DNA of 64,000 nucleotides, from contig NC_043000.1 in assembly GCF_006345805.1 (NCBI RefSeq), forward strand, positions 124,558,001 to 124,622,000. Direction: 5' to 3'. The DNA comes from Octopus sinensis (Eukaryota). Positions 63,011 through 64,000 of the stretch are shown here, piece by piece. Below the pieces are notes generated by a model. It was given only the letters and a program-made list of their open reading frames with translations. It searched no databases and was not told the DNA's origin. How positions within the stretch are numbered: position 1 is the stretch's first letter; every line of letters begins with the position of its first letter. A program made the translations under genes and the position numbers.

Positions 63011-63185
63011 CTGTAACCAGCAGACAAAGACAGTCTACCATTAGTCAACCAATTAACATCCTTAGTTCTATATATAACCACCATCACCTGAAGATATTCT
63101 GGTTATTCAAATGCTTTTTACTTGTGCAACCCAACTAACATAACACTACTAGTATTACTAACATAGCACTACTAGTTTTACTTAC

Positions 63186-63293
63186 ATAATACTATTGGTC
63201 TTATGAATTCATATTTAGTCTGGAGCCACTCCTGACTGCCATGAATAAAGTTTGTTTTCTCGTGATCTCGATATTTTTGTAAATATTTTCCAT
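63186..63293 (-). CDS. Candidate 108-nt exon (GKYLQKYRDHEKTNFIHGSQEWLQTKYEFIRPIVL)
   Basis: Consensus donor tat|gtaagt, ttatttaag acceptor, open frame phase 1 to 1. Confidence 0.5.
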
Positions 63294-63499
63294 CTTAAAT
63301 AACTCACACACACACACACACACACACCTAAAAATGGATGCTGGTCGATGTTTATGAGTGATATCTAGAAAATATATGTAAACACTCCTATCAGAATTTA
63401 TAAATCTACAAATATGAAGTGATAACCTGATTTCTATCTGGTCATTATGGAAAGGTAATAAAAACAATAAAAAAAACTATTTGATTTTCAATGTTAATA

Positions 63500-63710
63500 T
63501 CATCATCATCATCATCATTACCGTTGTTGTTGTCTTGTCATCACCACCACCGCCGCCACCACCATCACCACCACCACCACCACCTCCACCACCACCACCA
63601 CCACCACCACCACCATCATCATCATCGTCGTTGTTGTTGTTGTCATTGTTGTTGTCATCATTGTCATCATTATTGTTGTCAGCGTCGTCGTCATCATCAT
63701 CATCATCATC

Positions 63711-63765
<55 letters not shown>

Positions 63766-63797
63766 CCATCACCATCACCACCACCACCACCATCACC

Positions 63798-63849
<52 letters not shown>

Positions 63850-64000
63850 CCACCACCACCACCACCACCATCACCACCACCATCATCATCATCACCATCA
63901 CCATCACCACCACCACCACCATCACCACCACCATCACCACCACCATCATCATCATCATCCTCATCCTCATCATCATCATCATCATCAACATCATCATCAT
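63500..64000. repeat. (CAT)n/(CAC)n compound microsatellite
   Basis: Direct reading. Confidence 0.95.

Noticed and set aside
540-64000. The many poly-M/V/H/I/T/Y/C/K/S ORFs in the track
   Set aside because: They are translations of di-, tri- and tetranucleotide microsatellites that lack stops by composition

Overview
AT-rich, extremely repeat-dense animal DNA. The SINE, LINE and microsatellite repertoire is what I associate with octopus/coleoid cephalopod genomes (inference, not a database result). Almost every ORF in the supplied track is a microsatellite or transposon artefact. Recognisable content: dozens of tRNA-derived and (GAT)n-tailed SINE-like copies, RTE-clade LINE pieces (one ~1.45 kb RT fragment with an internal PHD-type finger), a head-to-head pair of Penelope-like (RT + GIY-YIG) fragments, an R4/Dong-type restriction-like-endonuclease tail in a (TAA)n tract, one Tc1 and two mariner relics, a TTAA piggyBac-type MITE and three non-autonomous Helitrons. 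Between the repeats is a by-eye chain of short minus-strand exon candidates of an unidentified protein-coding gene, best supported at 52975-63293 and possibly continuing to ~19.5 kb. The most unusual signals are three decayed minimal type-I hammerhead ribozymes with palindromic helix III (10878, 55041, 56591), one of them inside a tRNA-head + hammerhead-tail chimeric element, and several fold-back hairpins. SINE and microsatellite boundaries are approximate (+/-10-20 nt). Exon calls are hypotheses that need RNA-seq.
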